In this document: positions 8,757-18,662 of the stretch, in pieces
Layout: every line of letters begins with the position of its first letter
How positions within the stretch are numbered: position 1 is the stretch's first letter
Assembly: GCA_031316235.1 (NCBI GenBank)
Contig: JALDRA010000001.1
Location: forward strand, 1,560,001 to 1,592,000
Length of the DNA stretch: 32,000 nt
Source: Candidatus Scalindua sp.
GTDB taxonomy: Bacteria; Planctomycetota; Brocadiia; Brocadiales; Scalinduaceae
Direction: 5' to 3'
Made by a program: the position numbers and the translations under genes
The notes under the pieces: generated by a model
Told to the model about the DNA's origin: nothing
Databases searched by the model: none
Seen by the model: the letters and a program-made list of their open reading frames with translations, nothing else

Positions 8757-9671
8757 TTACTTTGAGACCAGCTTTCCAAGAACCTTTGCAACTTTTTTCT
8801 TATCATTGCCTATGTAACAGATCTTGCCTCCCTTATCAAGTATAAACATAACAGGTATCTGCTCTACATTAAACAACTTCGAGATCATACCCTTCCACCG
8901 CATCCCTTCGAACACCTGCGGCCATCCCACATTATTCATACCAACAAAGCTCTTCAGATCCTCGCTATTGTCATCTAAACTAATTCCAATAAATTGCACG
9001 CCTTTTTCTCTATATACCCTTTGTACATTTTTCACTTCTGAGAATTCCTCCAGACACTGCTCACTCCATGTTGCCCAGAAATAAAGGACAACAACCTCCC
9101 CGGTAAACTGAGAGAGGCTGATGGGGTTACCCTCACAATCTGAAGCATTGAAAGCCGGCGCTTGCATGCCGATCCGTAATCTCCCGCTCAATTCTCTACC
9201 GAATGCATTAGCGGCCCGGGGTTCAATCTCTCTTAACGCCGCTACCACCTCTTTTGCCTCTTCAATTTTCCCACTATTCACAAGCGCTTTCGCCTTAAAG
9301 AAAAGCAGCCTCGCCTTGAAGTTATCAGTAATTTGACCCTGCTTCAGTATCTTGTCGAAGTAAGGAATCGCCTCTTCATAATATCCCATTTCATTATAGG
9401 TAGCTCCCACATAAAACAACGCTTCCTGTTCCTCTTCTGTACCGGGAAACTCTTCAATCAACGCATGAAGGTCAGCAAGGGCTTTCTCATAATATTTCTC
9501 TGCATCAGCAGCATCCATCTTGGCTATATTCCCCAGATCGCTCCTGATAATATCTAACTGCAGTCCGGCATCCGGGTCAGGCCTCAATGCGAGAGCAGTA
9601 TCAGCTATCACAACCCAGAAAAACATTAATGATAGAATAACGGTAGAAATACAAACACCTCTTTTTTTCAT
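8757..9671 (-). CDS. secreted TPR-repeat protein with a C-terminal TlpA/ResA-like thioredoxin-fold domain (SxxC variant)
   Basis: ORF 8757-9731. The preferred start is the internal ATG at 9671 (MKKRGVCISTVILSLMFFWVVIADTALA signal peptide, AAGGA upstream). TPR-like middle region (YYEKALADL, YNEMGYYEEAIPYFDKIL). The C-terminal redoxin block VVVLYFWATWSEQCLEEF corresponds to the WATWCxxC position. Confidence 0.8.
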   Translation of the reverse strand: MKKRGVCISTVILSLMFFWVVIADTALALRPDPDAGLQLDIIRSDLGNIAKMDAADAEKYYEKALADLHALIEEFPGTEEEQEALFYVGATYNEMGYYEEAIPYFDKILKQGQITDNFKARLLFFKAKALVNSGKIEEAKEVVAALREIEPRAANAFGRELSGRLRIGMQAPAFNASDCEGNPISLSQFTGEVVVLYFWATWSEQCLEEFSEVKNVQRVYREKGVQFIGISLDDNSEDLKSFVGMNNVGWPQVFEGMRWKGMISKLFNVEQIPVMFILDKGGKICYIGNDKKKVAKVLGKLVSK

Positions 9672-9907
9672 GGTTAATAATTCCTTAATTAGTTTAAATA
9701 AAAGGTAGAGTCCAAAGAGTAAAGATATCAATTACTATTTATCCTTCACCGGATATCCAGTAAGATAGGATACGACTTTTCAGCGAGAGTGATAAATACA
9801 TATGCATAGATGAATTTTAAGAGAAATCCTTGAGAAAATCCAACAAATTAATCCCAGGCCGGGTTATTACATGAAACCTGCAGATTTCAAACTCCCGCTT
9901 AACAATC

Positions 9908-10021
9908 AATATACTAAAACCGATCTGGTTTTCGGTTTTACCGGAAACCAGATCTTGGTGAAGGTATCCTCGCTCAAATTTATCTCGGATTTTATCCGAA
10001 AACCAGTATAAGATGAGTATA
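9908..10021 (-). repeat. structured repeat family A, copy B (114 bp, lacks the 27-nt central insert)
   Basis: The reverse complement tatactcatcttatactggttttcggataaaatccgagataaatttgagcgaggataccttcaccaagatctggtttccggtaaaaccgaaaaccagatcggttttagtatatt aligns end to end with 21777-21917. Hairpins tcggat-aaa-atccga and gatctggttt...aaaccagatc. Confidence 0.75.
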
Positions 10022-10086
10022 AATACGAAAAATGGATGAATCCATATTCCTGCGTAACAAACTTTTCCAGGCATCAGATTTATCAT

Positions 10087-10114
10087 TTGTAGGATCAACC
10101 TATTGTGTTATAAT
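10087..10114 (+). promoter_or_regulatory. candidate fbp promoter (extended -10)
   Basis: ttgtag (10087-10092), 16 nt, then tgt-tataat (10106-10114, TGnTATAAT form), about 100 nt upstream of the fbp GTG. Confidence 0.4.
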
Positions 10115-10146
10115 TCTTTCTTATCGATAATGAGTGACTGGACCAG

Positions 10147-10169
10147 ATATAAGATAAGATGAGTATATT
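10147..10169 (-). repeat. solo terminal box of repeat family A
   Basis: The reverse complement aatatactcatcttatcttatat repeats the 5' box tatactcatcttat of copy B (10008-10021), 147 bp away in the same orientation. Confidence 0.45.
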
Positions 10170-10210
10170 TCGTTTTTGCTGAATTTTTATGAAATAAAGG
10201 GAGAGTTGTC

Positions 10211-11230
10211 GTGAGTAACAGAGGGATGACTGCACAAAGACATATTATCGGGCAAGAGAGAAAACATTCTCAGGCGACTGGCAGCCTGACAGGATTATTG
10301 ATGGATCTAATATATGCTTCGAAGGTTATTTCACGGGAAGTAAACAAAGCAGGAATTGCAGATGTGCTTGGCCTGACCGGCGACAAGAATATTCATGGTG
10401 AAGAGGTAAAGAAGCTGGATGAATATGCCAATAACCGATTGTTTCAGGCTATGGATCATGGCGGCCATCTGTGCGTAATGGCTTCTGAGGAAGATGACGA
10501 ACTCATTCCCATCCCGAAGGAGTTCCCTAAAGGGAAATATGTTCTTCTCTTTGACCCCCTTGACGGCTCATCTAATATCGATGCCAATGTGAGTATAGGG
10601 ACTATATTCTCTATTCATCGAAAAAAAACGGATGGTGAAGATGGAAAGCTTGAAGACTGTCTGCAAAAGGGACGAGATCAAGTTGCTGCCGGATACATCA
10701 TCTATGGTTCGAGTACAATGCTGGTATTCACAACCGGTCAAGGTGTGAACGGCTATACGCTAGACCCAAGTGTTGGAGAATTCATTTTATCTCATGAGAA
10801 CATAAAAACGCCACCAAAAGGGAAGGTGTATAGTGTCAATGAAGGAAATGCCAATTTCTGGGATGAAGGCACTAAAGAATACATCCGCTACCTGAAAGAA
10901 AAGGATGCCGCATCAGATAGACCGTATTCTTTACGCTATATCGGCTCACTGGTGGCAGATTTTCACCGAAATTTACTTTACGGTGGTATTTTCTTATACC
11001 CGGCAGATTTAAAAGACCCGGAGAAACCAGGAGGCAAATTGCGTCTCTTATACGAAGCTTCACCTCTGGCCTTTATAGTTGAACAAGCCGGAGGGCTTGC
11101 AACTGATGGGATAAGGAATATATTGGACATCCAGCCAACCGGACTCCATCAAAAAGTTCCTTTGATTATTGGATGCAGAGAAGACGTCCTTAAATATCAG
11201 GAATTTCTGGCACATAAGTCTCTGATATAG
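10211..11230 (+). CDS. fbp: fructose-1,6-bisphosphatase class I
   Basis: 339 aa, GTG start with GGGAGAG upstream. Motifs LFDPLDGSSNIDANVSIGTIFSI, YGSSTMLV, SLRYIGSLVADFHRNLLYGGIFLYP. Confidence 0.95.
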   Translation: MSNRGMTAQRHIIGQERKHSQATGSLTGLLMDLIYASKVISREVNKAGIADVLGLTGDKNIHGEEVKKLDEYANNRLFQAMDHGGHLCVMASEEDDELIPIPKEFPKGKYVLLFDPLDGSSNIDANVSIGTIFSIHRKKTDGEDGKLEDCLQKGRDQVAAGYIIYGSSTMLVFTTGQGVNGYTLDPSVGEFILSHENIKTPPKGKVYSVNEGNANFWDEGTKEYIRYLKEKDAASDRPYSLRYIGSLVADFHRNLLYGGIFLYPADLKDPEKPGGKLRLLYEASPLAFIVEQAGGLATDGIRNILDIQPTGLHQKVPLIIGCREDVLKYQEFLAHKSLI

Positions 11231-11290
11231 ATTGCAACACCTTTTCCATCTTAATTCAAACAAGAAATTAATTTTCCCACAGGAGAAAAC

Positions 11291-12220
11291 ATGACAATAT
11301 ATAATGATATTCTTGAAACAATTGGCAGGACGCCTGTCGTAAGAATAAATAAGATACCTGACGATACATGCGCTAATATTTTTGGAAAATTAGAAATGAG
11401 CAACCCTGCCGGCAGTGTAAAAGACCGCATAGGCTTATCAATGGTACGGGATGCAGAAAAAAGAGGAGTGTTGAAACCGGGAGATACCATAGTCGAACCT
11501 ACTTCAGGAAATACAGGAATAGCATTAGCAATGGTCGCGGCAGTAAGAGGTTACAAGGCCGTCTTTACCATGCCAGAGACCATGAGTCTTGAACGGCGTG
11601 CACTTCTTAAATATTTTGGAGCAGAAATTGTCTTAACCGAAGGCTCAAAGGGCATGATAGGTGCTATTGAAAAGGCAGAAGAGCTTGTAAGGGAGAAAGG
11701 GTATTTTCAGCCTCAACAATTTGACAACCCTGCAAATACACAGATTCATCGTGAAACAACCGGTCGTGAGATAATCGAAGACTTCGCGGAAAGAGATCTT
11801 CATTATTTTGTAGCAGGTGTGGGAACGGGTGGCACCATTTCCGGAGCAGGCGAGGCACTGAAAAAACATTTTAAAAATTTAAAAAATGTGGCTGTCGAGC
11901 CTGCAGAGTCTCCGGTCTTATCGGGTGGAGAACCGGGCCGTCACAAAATACAGGGGCTCGGGGCAGGCTTTGTACCGAGTATTTACAATAAGGAGGTTGT
12001 CGATGAAATTCGTCAGGTTTCCAGTGATGACTCATTCAGCATGGCAAGACGTCTTGCAAAGGAAGAAGGAATCTGTTGCGGCATATCTTCTGGTGCGAAT
12101 ATGCATATTGCACTTCAAATTGCCAGGGAAGCCGGGCCTGGCAAAAATATTCTTTTCGTAATACCAAGTACAGGAGAACGATATATTTCAACAGATCTAT
12201 TTAAGGTTCTGGAAACATAA
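11291..12220 (+). CDS. cysK: cysteine synthase A (O-acetylserine sulfhydrylase)
   Basis: 309 aa. NPAGSVKDRIG (PLP lysine), EPTSGNTGIALA, AGVGTGGTISG, and SSGANM near the C-terminus. Confidence 0.95.
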   Translation: MTIYNDILETIGRTPVVRINKIPDDTCANIFGKLEMSNPAGSVKDRIGLSMVRDAEKRGVLKPGDTIVEPTSGNTGIALAMVAAVRGYKAVFTMPETMSLERRALLKYFGAEIVLTEGSKGMIGAIEKAEELVREKGYFQPQQFDNPANTQIHRETTGREIIEDFAERDLHYFVAGVGTGGTISGAGEALKKHFKNLKNVAVEPAESPVLSGGEPGRHKIQGLGAGFVPSIYNKEVVDEIRQVSSDDSFSMARRLAKEEGICCGISSGANMHIALQIAREAGPGKNILFVIPSTGERYISTDLFKVLET

Positions 12221-12224
12221 GAAA

Positions 12225-13190
12225 ATGGATAATTCTATCAACAGTAAAAAAAACGGGGCGCGTTTGAGCCAGATTACAAGAACTATCAGGGAGTCTTACG
12301 AAAGGCTCGGCGGTATCAACCATCTGGAAGGACCAAACCTGCCCTCTAAAAAAGAAGTAATAAAGCTCGTAAAATTATTGTCAACAATCATGTTTCCGGG
12401 ATTTTACGAAGAAGCAACCAGTAATAAGAATCATCTGGAAGCATCTCTCCTGGCACAGTGTTCGACCGTTCTCGAATGTCTGATAAACTTACTGCAGAAG
12501 AGCTTGAGACATGAGTGCAAGGAAGGAATCACGTGCCTCCGCTCAGAAGGAGATTGCTGGGAAGATGCCGTGGATATTGGATTTCGTCTGCTGGAAAATA
12601 TCCCTACGATCAGGGAGGTAGTCCATCAGGATATCAAGGCTGCCTTTAAAGGTGACCCTGCCGCTTCCAGTTATTTTGAGATAGTCTTAAGCTACTCCTC
12701 TGTTCAGGCGATACTGGTACATCGTCTCGCTCATTTTTTAGAAATGCAAAAAGTACCTTTTATCCCCAGGATGATGAGCGAATACTTACATGAAAAGTCC
12801 GGAATAGACATACATCCGGGTGCAAAAATCGGTAATGGTTTTTTCATCGATCATGGTACAGGAGTCGTAATTGGAAGCACAACCATAATTGGAAATAATG
12901 TAAAAATCTATCAACATGTCACGCTCGGTGCACTCAGTCTGACAAATGTGGGTATGCTGAGAAAAGAACAGAAGAAAAGACACCCTACGGTTGAAGATAA
13001 TGTTACCATTTATGCTGGAGCAACCATACTTGGAGGAAAAACTGTCATTGGAAACGACTCGGTGATAGGAGGAAATGTATGGCTCACCCGATCAGTACCA
13101 CCCCATACAACCGTAACTTTTGATTCTCCGTATCTCATATTCAGACAAAAAGACAAGGTAGAAAAACATGTGATCGATTATCAGATTTAA
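12225..13190 (+). CDS. cysE: serine O-acetyltransferase (long N-terminal form)
   Basis: 321 aa, 4 nt after cysK. DPAASSYFEIVLSYSSVQAILVHRLAHFL followed by hexapeptide repeats GIDIHPGAKIGNGFFIDHGTGVVIGSTTIIGNNVKIYQHVTLG. Confidence 0.9.
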   Translation: MDNSINSKKNGARLSQITRTIRESYERLGGINHLEGPNLPSKKEVIKLVKLLSTIMFPGFYEEATSNKNHLEASLLAQCSTVLECLINLLQKSLRHECKEGITCLRSEGDCWEDAVDIGFRLLENIPTIREVVHQDIKAAFKGDPAASSYFEIVLSYSSVQAILVHRLAHFLEMQKVPFIPRMMSEYLHEKSGIDIHPGAKIGNGFFIDHGTGVVIGSTTIIGNNVKIYQHVTLGALSLTNVGMLRKEQKKRHPTVEDNVTIYAGATILGGKTVIGNDSVIGGNVWLTRSVPPHTTVTFDSPYLIFRQKDKVEKHVIDYQI

Positions 13191-13377
13191 GATTTTGTCA
13201 CTTCAGAATACAGCTGCCAATAACTGATTTTAGCAGCTGAGAGCGATCCACTTATATAAACAAGAGGTAATAATGTCTCCCTGATCTCCATTCAAAGGTG
13301 TGTGCTGGCTACCTGAAGGGCCTCACCCTGCACGCAGAAACACGAAAGCCATCGATTCACAGCAAAAAAATTGAGAT

Positions 13378-13400
13378 CCGGGAATGCCGGCTTGTTTTTT
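13378..13400. terminator. candidate bidirectional terminator between cysE and maf
   Basis: A short GC hairpin ccgg-gaatg-ccgg flanked by an A-run (caaaaaaa) on the left and a T-run (cttgtttttt) on the right. The stem is only 4 bp. Confidence 0.3.
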
Positions 13401-13409
13401 CTTTACTCT

Positions 13410-13982
13410 TTACCTCTTCACTCCAAACTCCGAAAGAAATTTCACAGCCAGATCTTCTGGTAGACCAATCACCGTTGAAACATTCCCTTTTATTTCTTCA
13501 ACCAAAGCTCTTCCGTACCCCTGTATTCCATACGCTCCCGCCTTATCCAGTGGTTCACCCGATTTAACATAGTCACCTATTTCATTCTCAGACAGCACCT
13601 TAAACTTCACTTCGGTCTTTTCATAACCCGCTAATTCCCTGCCAGATTGTGTGTCGATAACGGCAATCCCGGAGAAAACAGTGTGCCAGTTACCGCTCAG
13701 TTTTTCGAGCATCGCATATGCCTTCTCAGAAGTGAATGGCTTACCAAAAATCTCGCTACCAAGTGTAACCATCGTATCACAACCGATAATGAGAGAGTTT
13801 CTATACTTTGCAGCTACTTCCCTTGCCTTGCCAAAGGCATTATGACAAACCAATGCTTCCGGTTCTGCAGAGTTCTCTTTTTCAATAAAATGTACCGGCG
13901 GGCTTATGGTAAAATTGAATCCCAACTCTTTTAATATCTGTACCCTTCTTGGTGAGGATGATGCAAGGTAGATGTTTTTCAT
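13410..13982 (-). CDS. maf: Maf-like nucleoside triphosphate pyrophosphatase
   Basis: 190 aa. LASSSPRRVQILKELG, GCDTMV, DKAGAYGIQG. Confidence 0.9.
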   Translation of the reverse strand: MKNIYLASSSPRRVQILKELGFNFTISPPVHFIEKENSAEPEALVCHNAFGKAREVAAKYRNSLIIGCDTMVTLGSEIFGKPFTSEKAYAMLEKLSGNWHTVFSGIAVIDTQSGRELAGYEKTEVKFKVLSENEIGDYVKSGEPLDKAGAYGIQGYGRALVEEIKGNVSTVIGLPEDLAVKFLSEFGVKR

Positions 13983-13994
13983 GAACAGATAGAT

Positions 13995-16900
13995 TTATGT
14001 GTGGTATTCTTGAATCGGCTTGACGTCGAGCTCTCCCGTCAGCATAGATTTGATTGCGCTCTCCGTTGCAATAGCGCCAGAGAGCGTTGTGCAGTATGGA
14101 ATACCTGATACTATTGCGTAGCGACGGATGTTATATGACCGTTCCTGTGCAAGTTTGCCTTCAGCGGTATTAATAACCAACTGGACTTCCCGGTTCTTGA
14201 GATGATCTATGATATTGGGTCGTCCTTCATATTCCTTATTGATGGTAGCAACCGGTATTCCCTTCTCGGCAATGGCCCTTGCGGTTCCTCCTGTAGCAAC
14301 TATTTTAAAGCCTGATTGGTGGAGTTTTTCGGCAATATCCACTATCGGGAGTTTGTCCTTGTCTCTCACGCTTATAAAAACGGTACCGGAGAGAGGCAAG
14401 CTCCCCCCAATGGCCATTTGTGATTTGGCAAATGCCTTACCAAAATCAACATCGATCCCCATTACTTCACCCGTAGATTTCATTTCGGGCCCCAGGAGAG
14501 TATCCGTTCCTTGAAACCTAATGAACGGAAAGACAGCTTCTTTCACTGCAACATGTTTCAGTTCAGCTTTCCCGTCGAGCTTTAACTCTTTCAGTTTACG
14601 ACCGGCAATGATTTGAGAAGCCACTTTTGCAAGCTGAATGCCTGTTGCCTTGCTCACAAAAGGTACCGTCCTTGAAGCACGTGGATTTACCTCCAACACA
14701 AAGACCGTGTCAGCTTTAACCGCAAATTGTATATTGATAAGGCCAAGGACATTTAATTCTAATGCCAGCAATTTTGTCTGAGATTTTATCTCTTCTATGG
14801 TGCTCTCCCTGACAGAATGAGGTGGTAGTGAACAGGCGCTGTCTCCGGAATGCACACCGGCTTCTTCTATATGTTCCATCACCCCGCCGATAAAGACCTC
14901 CTCACCATCACAAACTGCATCAACATCAATCTCAACCGCACCTTCCAAAAACTTATCTATGAGAACCGGATGTTCAGGAGAAACGTCAACTGCATGCGAA
15001 ATATACTCCTTCAGCTCACCTTCATCAAAGATAATCTTCATTGCCCTGCCACCCAAAACATACGAAGGTCTGAGCAAAACAGGATACCCTATTGAAGAGG
15101 CAATCTCTTTAGCCTCCAAAAATGAGCTGGCACTCCCATTGTCCGGTTGCAAAAGATTGAGTTTTGATAAAAGGGTGGCAAATCGCTTGCGGTCTTCAGC
15201 CTTATCAATATCATCAGGAGATGTACCAAGGATCCTGACCCCGGATTCAGCTAACGGTACTGCAAGCTTCAGAGGCGTCTGGCCACCAAACTGTACGATA
15301 ACCCCTTCGGGTTTTTCTTTTGCAACTATTTCCATAACGTCTTCAAAGGTGAGAGGTTCGAAATACAATCTGTCAGAAATATCATAATCAGTACTCACCG
15401 TCTCAGGATTACAATTGACCATAATTGTCTCGAATCCCATCTCTCTCAAGGCCATTACACAATGTACACAGCAATAATCAAACTCAATACCTTGACCGAT
15501 GCGGTTAGGACCGCTCCCCAAAATCATTATTTTCTTATTTTTTGTCGGGTTCGCCTCACACTCTGTATCATATGTTGAATAGAAATAGGGTGTATACGCT
15601 ACGAACTCAGCAGCACAGGTATCAACCATCTTGAAGACAGGATGAATACTGTTTGCTTGCCGGTACTCGCGGATGGAAGATTCTTTCGATTGCAACAACT
15701 TTGCCAAACGATAATCAGATATACCATATTGCTTTGCTTTCCTCAATAGATCGAGATTGATCAATTCTTCCCTCAGGGGAGGAGATGAAGCGTTTGACAG
15801 ATGCTGATTTTTGATTTCCTCTTCCAGTTCAACAATCTGTCTCAGATTATAGAGAAACCATCTATCGATTCCCGTTACTTTATAAATTTCTTCGAGGCTC
15901 ATACCCAATCGCAGACTATCTACGACAAACCAGATCCTGTCGCTCATGGGATTTAACAGGTGGTTCTTTATCAACAGTTCTTTCTCTGAAGAATTTAAAT
16001 CAGTTTGTGGAAGATGCTCATCGAACCCATACAATCCAATTTCTAAAGACCTCACTGCCTTCCCAAGCGCCTCCTTGAACGTCCTCCCGATGGCCATCAC
16101 CTCACCAACAGATTTCATATGCGAAGTAAGTGTTCTGTTTGCCTCGGGGAATTTTTCGAAATTGAACCTTGGGATCTTTACGACACAGTAATCAATCGAG
16201 GGTTCAAAGGATGCCGGTGTGTAACGGGTGATATCGTTGGGAATCTCATCGAGTGTATATCCTACTGCCAACTTTGCGGCAATTTTAGCGATGGGAAAAC
16301 CGGTAGCCTTTGAAGCAAGGGCAGAACTCCTTGAAACTCTTGGATTCATCTCGATAACAGTCATTTCGCCATTGACAGGATTTAATGCAAACTGGATATT
16401 AGAACCTCCGGTTTCAACTCCAATCTCGCGAATAATCTTGATTGATGCATTCCGCATTCTTTGGTATTCTTTATCCGTTAATGTTTGTGCCGGTGCTACC
16501 GTAATGCTGTCTCCGGTATGGATACCCATAGGATCAAAGTTCTCAATGGAACATATTATCACAACATTGTCCTTAAGATCTCTCATGACTTCAAGTTCAT
16601 ATTCCTTCCAGCCCAGGACAGATTTTTCAATGAGTATCTCGTGAACAGGACTTGCTTCCAGAGCAAAATTCACATACTCTTCCAACTCCTCTCTATTGTA
16701 AGCAATATTGCTGCCGATACCTCCGAGCGTAAATGAGGGACGTATAATCACAGGAAACTTGATCTCCTTTACAATAGCCATTCCTTCATGTAAGGAATGT
16801 GCGTATCCGCTGTCGGGTACCGCAAGACCGATACGTTTCATCGCTTCTTTAAATTGCTCACGATCTTCAGCCTTTTTGATCGCTTCAAGTTTTGCTCCTA

Positions 16901-17246
16901 TTACTTCCACATGGAACTCATCCAGTACACCCTTTTCTGCTAAAGAGACCGTCAAATTCAATGCTGTCTGTCCTCCCAATGTAGGCAGCAAGACATCAGG
17001 CCTCTCTTTTTGTATGATCTTGGATAAGACATCAACCGTCATAGGTTCGATATATGTCTTATCTGCTACTTCAGGGTCAGTCATAATAGTTGCAGGGTTA
17101 CTATTGACAAGAACGATCTTGTAACCTTCCTCCTTGAGAGCCCTGCACGCCTGGGTACCGGAGTAATCAAATTCGCACGCCTGCCCGATTACTATCGGAC
17201 CTGACCCGATTATGAGTATAGTTTGAATATCGGTTCTTTTCGGCAT
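13995..17246 (-). CDS. carB: carbamoyl-phosphate synthase large subunit
   Basis: 1083 aa. Duplicated ATP-grasp halves ([21 protein letters not shown] and [20 protein letters not shown]) and a C-terminal MGS-like domain. Confidence 0.98.
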   Translation of the reverse strand: MPKRTDIQTILIIGSGPIVIGQACEFDYSGTQACRALKEEGYKIVLVNSNPATIMTDPEVADKTYIEPMTVDVLSKIIQKERPDVLLPTLGGQTALNLTVSLAEKGVLDEFHVEVIGAKLEAIKKAEDREQFKEAMKRIGLAVPDSGYAHSLHEGMAIVKEIKFPVIIRPSFTLGGIGSNIAYNREELEEYVNFALEASPVHEILIEKSVLGWKEYELEVMRDLKDNVVIICSIENFDPMGIHTGDSITVAPAQTLTDKEYQRMRNASIKIIREIGVETGGSNIQFALNPVNGEMTVIEMNPRVSRSSALASKATGFPIAKIAAKLAVGYTLDEIPNDITRYTPASFEPSIDYCVVKIPRFNFEKFPEANRTLTSHMKSVGEVMAIGRTFKEALGKAVRSLEIGLYGFDEHLPQTDLNSSEKELLIKNHLLNPMSDRIWFVVDSLRLGMSLEEIYKVTGIDRWFLYNLRQIVELEEEIKNQHLSNASSPPLREELINLDLLRKAKQYGISDYRLAKLLQSKESSIREYRQANSIHPVFKMVDTCAAEFVAYTPYFYSTYDTECEANPTKNKKIMILGSGPNRIGQGIEFDYCCVHCVMALREMGFETIMVNCNPETVSTDYDISDRLYFEPLTFEDVMEIVAKEKPEGVIVQFGGQTPLKLAVPLAESGVRILGTSPDDIDKAEDRKRFATLLSKLNLLQPDNGSASSFLEAKEIASSIGYPVLLRPSYVLGGRAMKIIFDEGELKEYISHAVDVSPEHPVLIDKFLEGAVEIDVDAVCDGEEVFIGGVMEHIEEAGVHSGDSACSLPPHSVRESTIEEIKSQTKLLALELNVLGLINIQFAVKADTVFVLEVNPRASRTVPFVSKATGIQLAKVASQIIAGRKLKELKLDGKAELKHVAVKEAVFPFIRFQGTDTLLGPEMKSTGEVMGIDVDFGKAFAKSQMAIGGSLPLSGTVFISVRDKDKLPIVDIAEKLHQSGFKIVATGGTARAIAEKGIPVATINKEYEGRPNIIDHLKNREVQLVINTAEGKLAQERSYNIRRYAIVSGIPYCTTLSGAIATESAIKSMLTGELDVKPIQEYHT

Positions 17247-17247
17247 T

Positions 17248-18408
17248 TTAGTCCATCATCTCAATAAATCTGTCAAATAGATAGCCTGTATCATGTGGCC
17301 CGCAAGAAGCTTCAGGGTGGAATTGAACAGCGAGGACCGGCACATCCAGGCACTCTAACCCCTCTACCGATTGATCGTTCAAATTACTATGAGTAATCTC
17401 AACCTTTCCAAAACTTTTACTTTGCCCCCCTCGCAACGAACTTCCATCTACGGCAAAGCAATGATTTTGGGACGTAATGTACACCTTGTTTGTGCGTAAA
17501 TCCATAACCGGTTGATTACCACCATTGTGTCCAAACTTCAACTTATATGTCGTATAACCCAATGCTAAAGCCAGAATCTGAAATCCCAGACATATGCCAA
17601 AGACAGGTTTCTTTCCTATTACCTCTTTCATATTATTCAACATATACGGCACTGCTGCAGGGTCACCCGGCCCATTGGAAACAACAACCCCATCTGGATT
17701 TAATGACAAGACCTCTTGTGTATTCATATCCGCGGGAACTACGGTTACCCTGCAATTCCGACTCTTCAGTTTTCTTAAAATGTTATATTTTACACCGCAA
17801 TCATAAACAGCTACATGAAATACCTTTCTCCCTTTTTCTTGATTGTGTTCCTCGCACCGGAGACCTCTCTGGACAGGAAAAACAAACTCTTCCTCTTCCC
17901 ACTCGTAGGGTTTCTGACACGTAACCTCTTTTACCAGATCTTTGCCGATCAATCCGGACAGGTTTTTCGCCTTTGTGACCAGACTTTCATGATATAAATC
18001 AACGGTAGAAATTATGGCCTGCTGCTCCCCGAAGTCTCTGATATGCCGAGTCAGGGCCCTTGTATCAATTCCTTGTATCCCTACCGTCCCCTTGCTTTTC
18101 AGAAACTCATCCAAACTCATTTCTGAACGCCAGTTACTGGGATAAGGGCTATATTCTTTCACAACAAACCCTCCCAGAAAGGGCTGACGAGACTCATAAT
18201 CTTTCTCACAAATGCCATAGGTGCCGATCATGGGATAGGTCATGATAACGATTTGTCCCTTGTATGACGGATCAGTAAGAATTTCAGGATAACCGGTAAT
18301 ACTGGTATTAAATACTACTTCACCGGATGTCTCTCCTGTGGAGCCAAAAGAGGTACCCTCAAAAATCTTTCCATCTGAAAGGGCTAAAACAGCCTTCGTA
18401 TTTTGCAC
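17248..18408 (-). CDS. carA: carbamoyl-phosphate synthase small (glutaminase) subunit
   Basis: 386 aa, GTG start, 1 nt upstream of car[15 protein letters not shown] (catalytic Cys) and [13 protein letters not shown]. Confidence 0.96.
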   Translation of the reverse strand: MQNTKAVLALSDGKIFEGTSFGSTGETSGEVVFNTSITGYPEILTDPSYKGQIVIMTYPMIGTYGICEKDYESRQPFLGGFVVKEYSPYPSNWRSEMSLDEFLKSKGTVGIQGIDTRALTRHIRDFGEQQAIISTVDLYHESLVTKAKNLSGLIGKDLVKEVTCQKPYEWEEEEFVFPVQRGLRCEEHNQEKGRKVFHVAVYDCGVKYNILRKLKSRNCRVTVVPADMNTQEVLSLNPDGVVVSNGPGDPAAVPYMLNNMKEVIGKKPVFGICLGFQILALALGYTTYKLKFGHNGGNQPVMDLRTNKVYITSQNHCFAVDGSSLRGGQSKSFGKVEITHSNLNDQSVEGLECLDVPVLAVQFHPEASCGPHDTGYLFDRFIEMMD

Positions 18409-18458
18409 GATAGTAGGTTTGTGAATAGAATGAGAATATTAAAAATTATTTTTGGTAG

Positions 18459-18535
18459 ATGTTACTAATTATGTGTGTACGTGTCAAGCTGGAGAATTTT
18501 TTTTAGCTTGACAGCAATTAAGTGTCTGATAGTAT
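18459..18535. promoter_or_regulatory. back-to-back divergent promoters (carAB leftward, pgsA-like rightward) sharing a 9-bp inverted repeat
   Basis: Plus strand: ttgaca (18508-18513), 16 nt, tagtat (18530-18535). Minus strand: ttgaca (rc of 18482-18487), 17 nt, taacat (rc of 18459-18464). The two -35 boxes sit in tgtcaagct-N14-agcttgaca. Confidence 0.45.
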
Positions 18536-18662
18536 AGCAGTATATATAGTTGGTACTTAGTGTAGTTTCGGGATGTTTTTTATCGATATATAAAAAAATT
18601 TTTTTAGGAAGAAAAGGTTGGTTTTATGTAGAATCCCATAACTGGCAACAAGGAGAGAATGC

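Noticed and set aside
9817-10098. 93-aa minus-strand ORF from the track.
   Set aside because: Its core is the translated repeat-A element. The equivalent frame lacks a start codon in copy A and has stops in copy C, and there is no RBS. Treated as a repeat artefact.
13200-13240. The hairpin cagctgc-N15-gcagctg after cysE, as an intrinsic terminator.
   Set aside because: The 7-bp stem is good but the loop is large and no T-run follows. The weaker ccgg hairpin with flanking A and T runs at 13378-13400 is the only terminator-like signal, and it is itself low confidence.
17547-17600. CarA reads GICLGFQ rather than the GICLGHQ that I remember as common.
   Set aside because: That position is variable in class-I glutamine amidotransferase signatures. 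The catalytic Cys and the HPE motif are intact, so it is not noteworthy.
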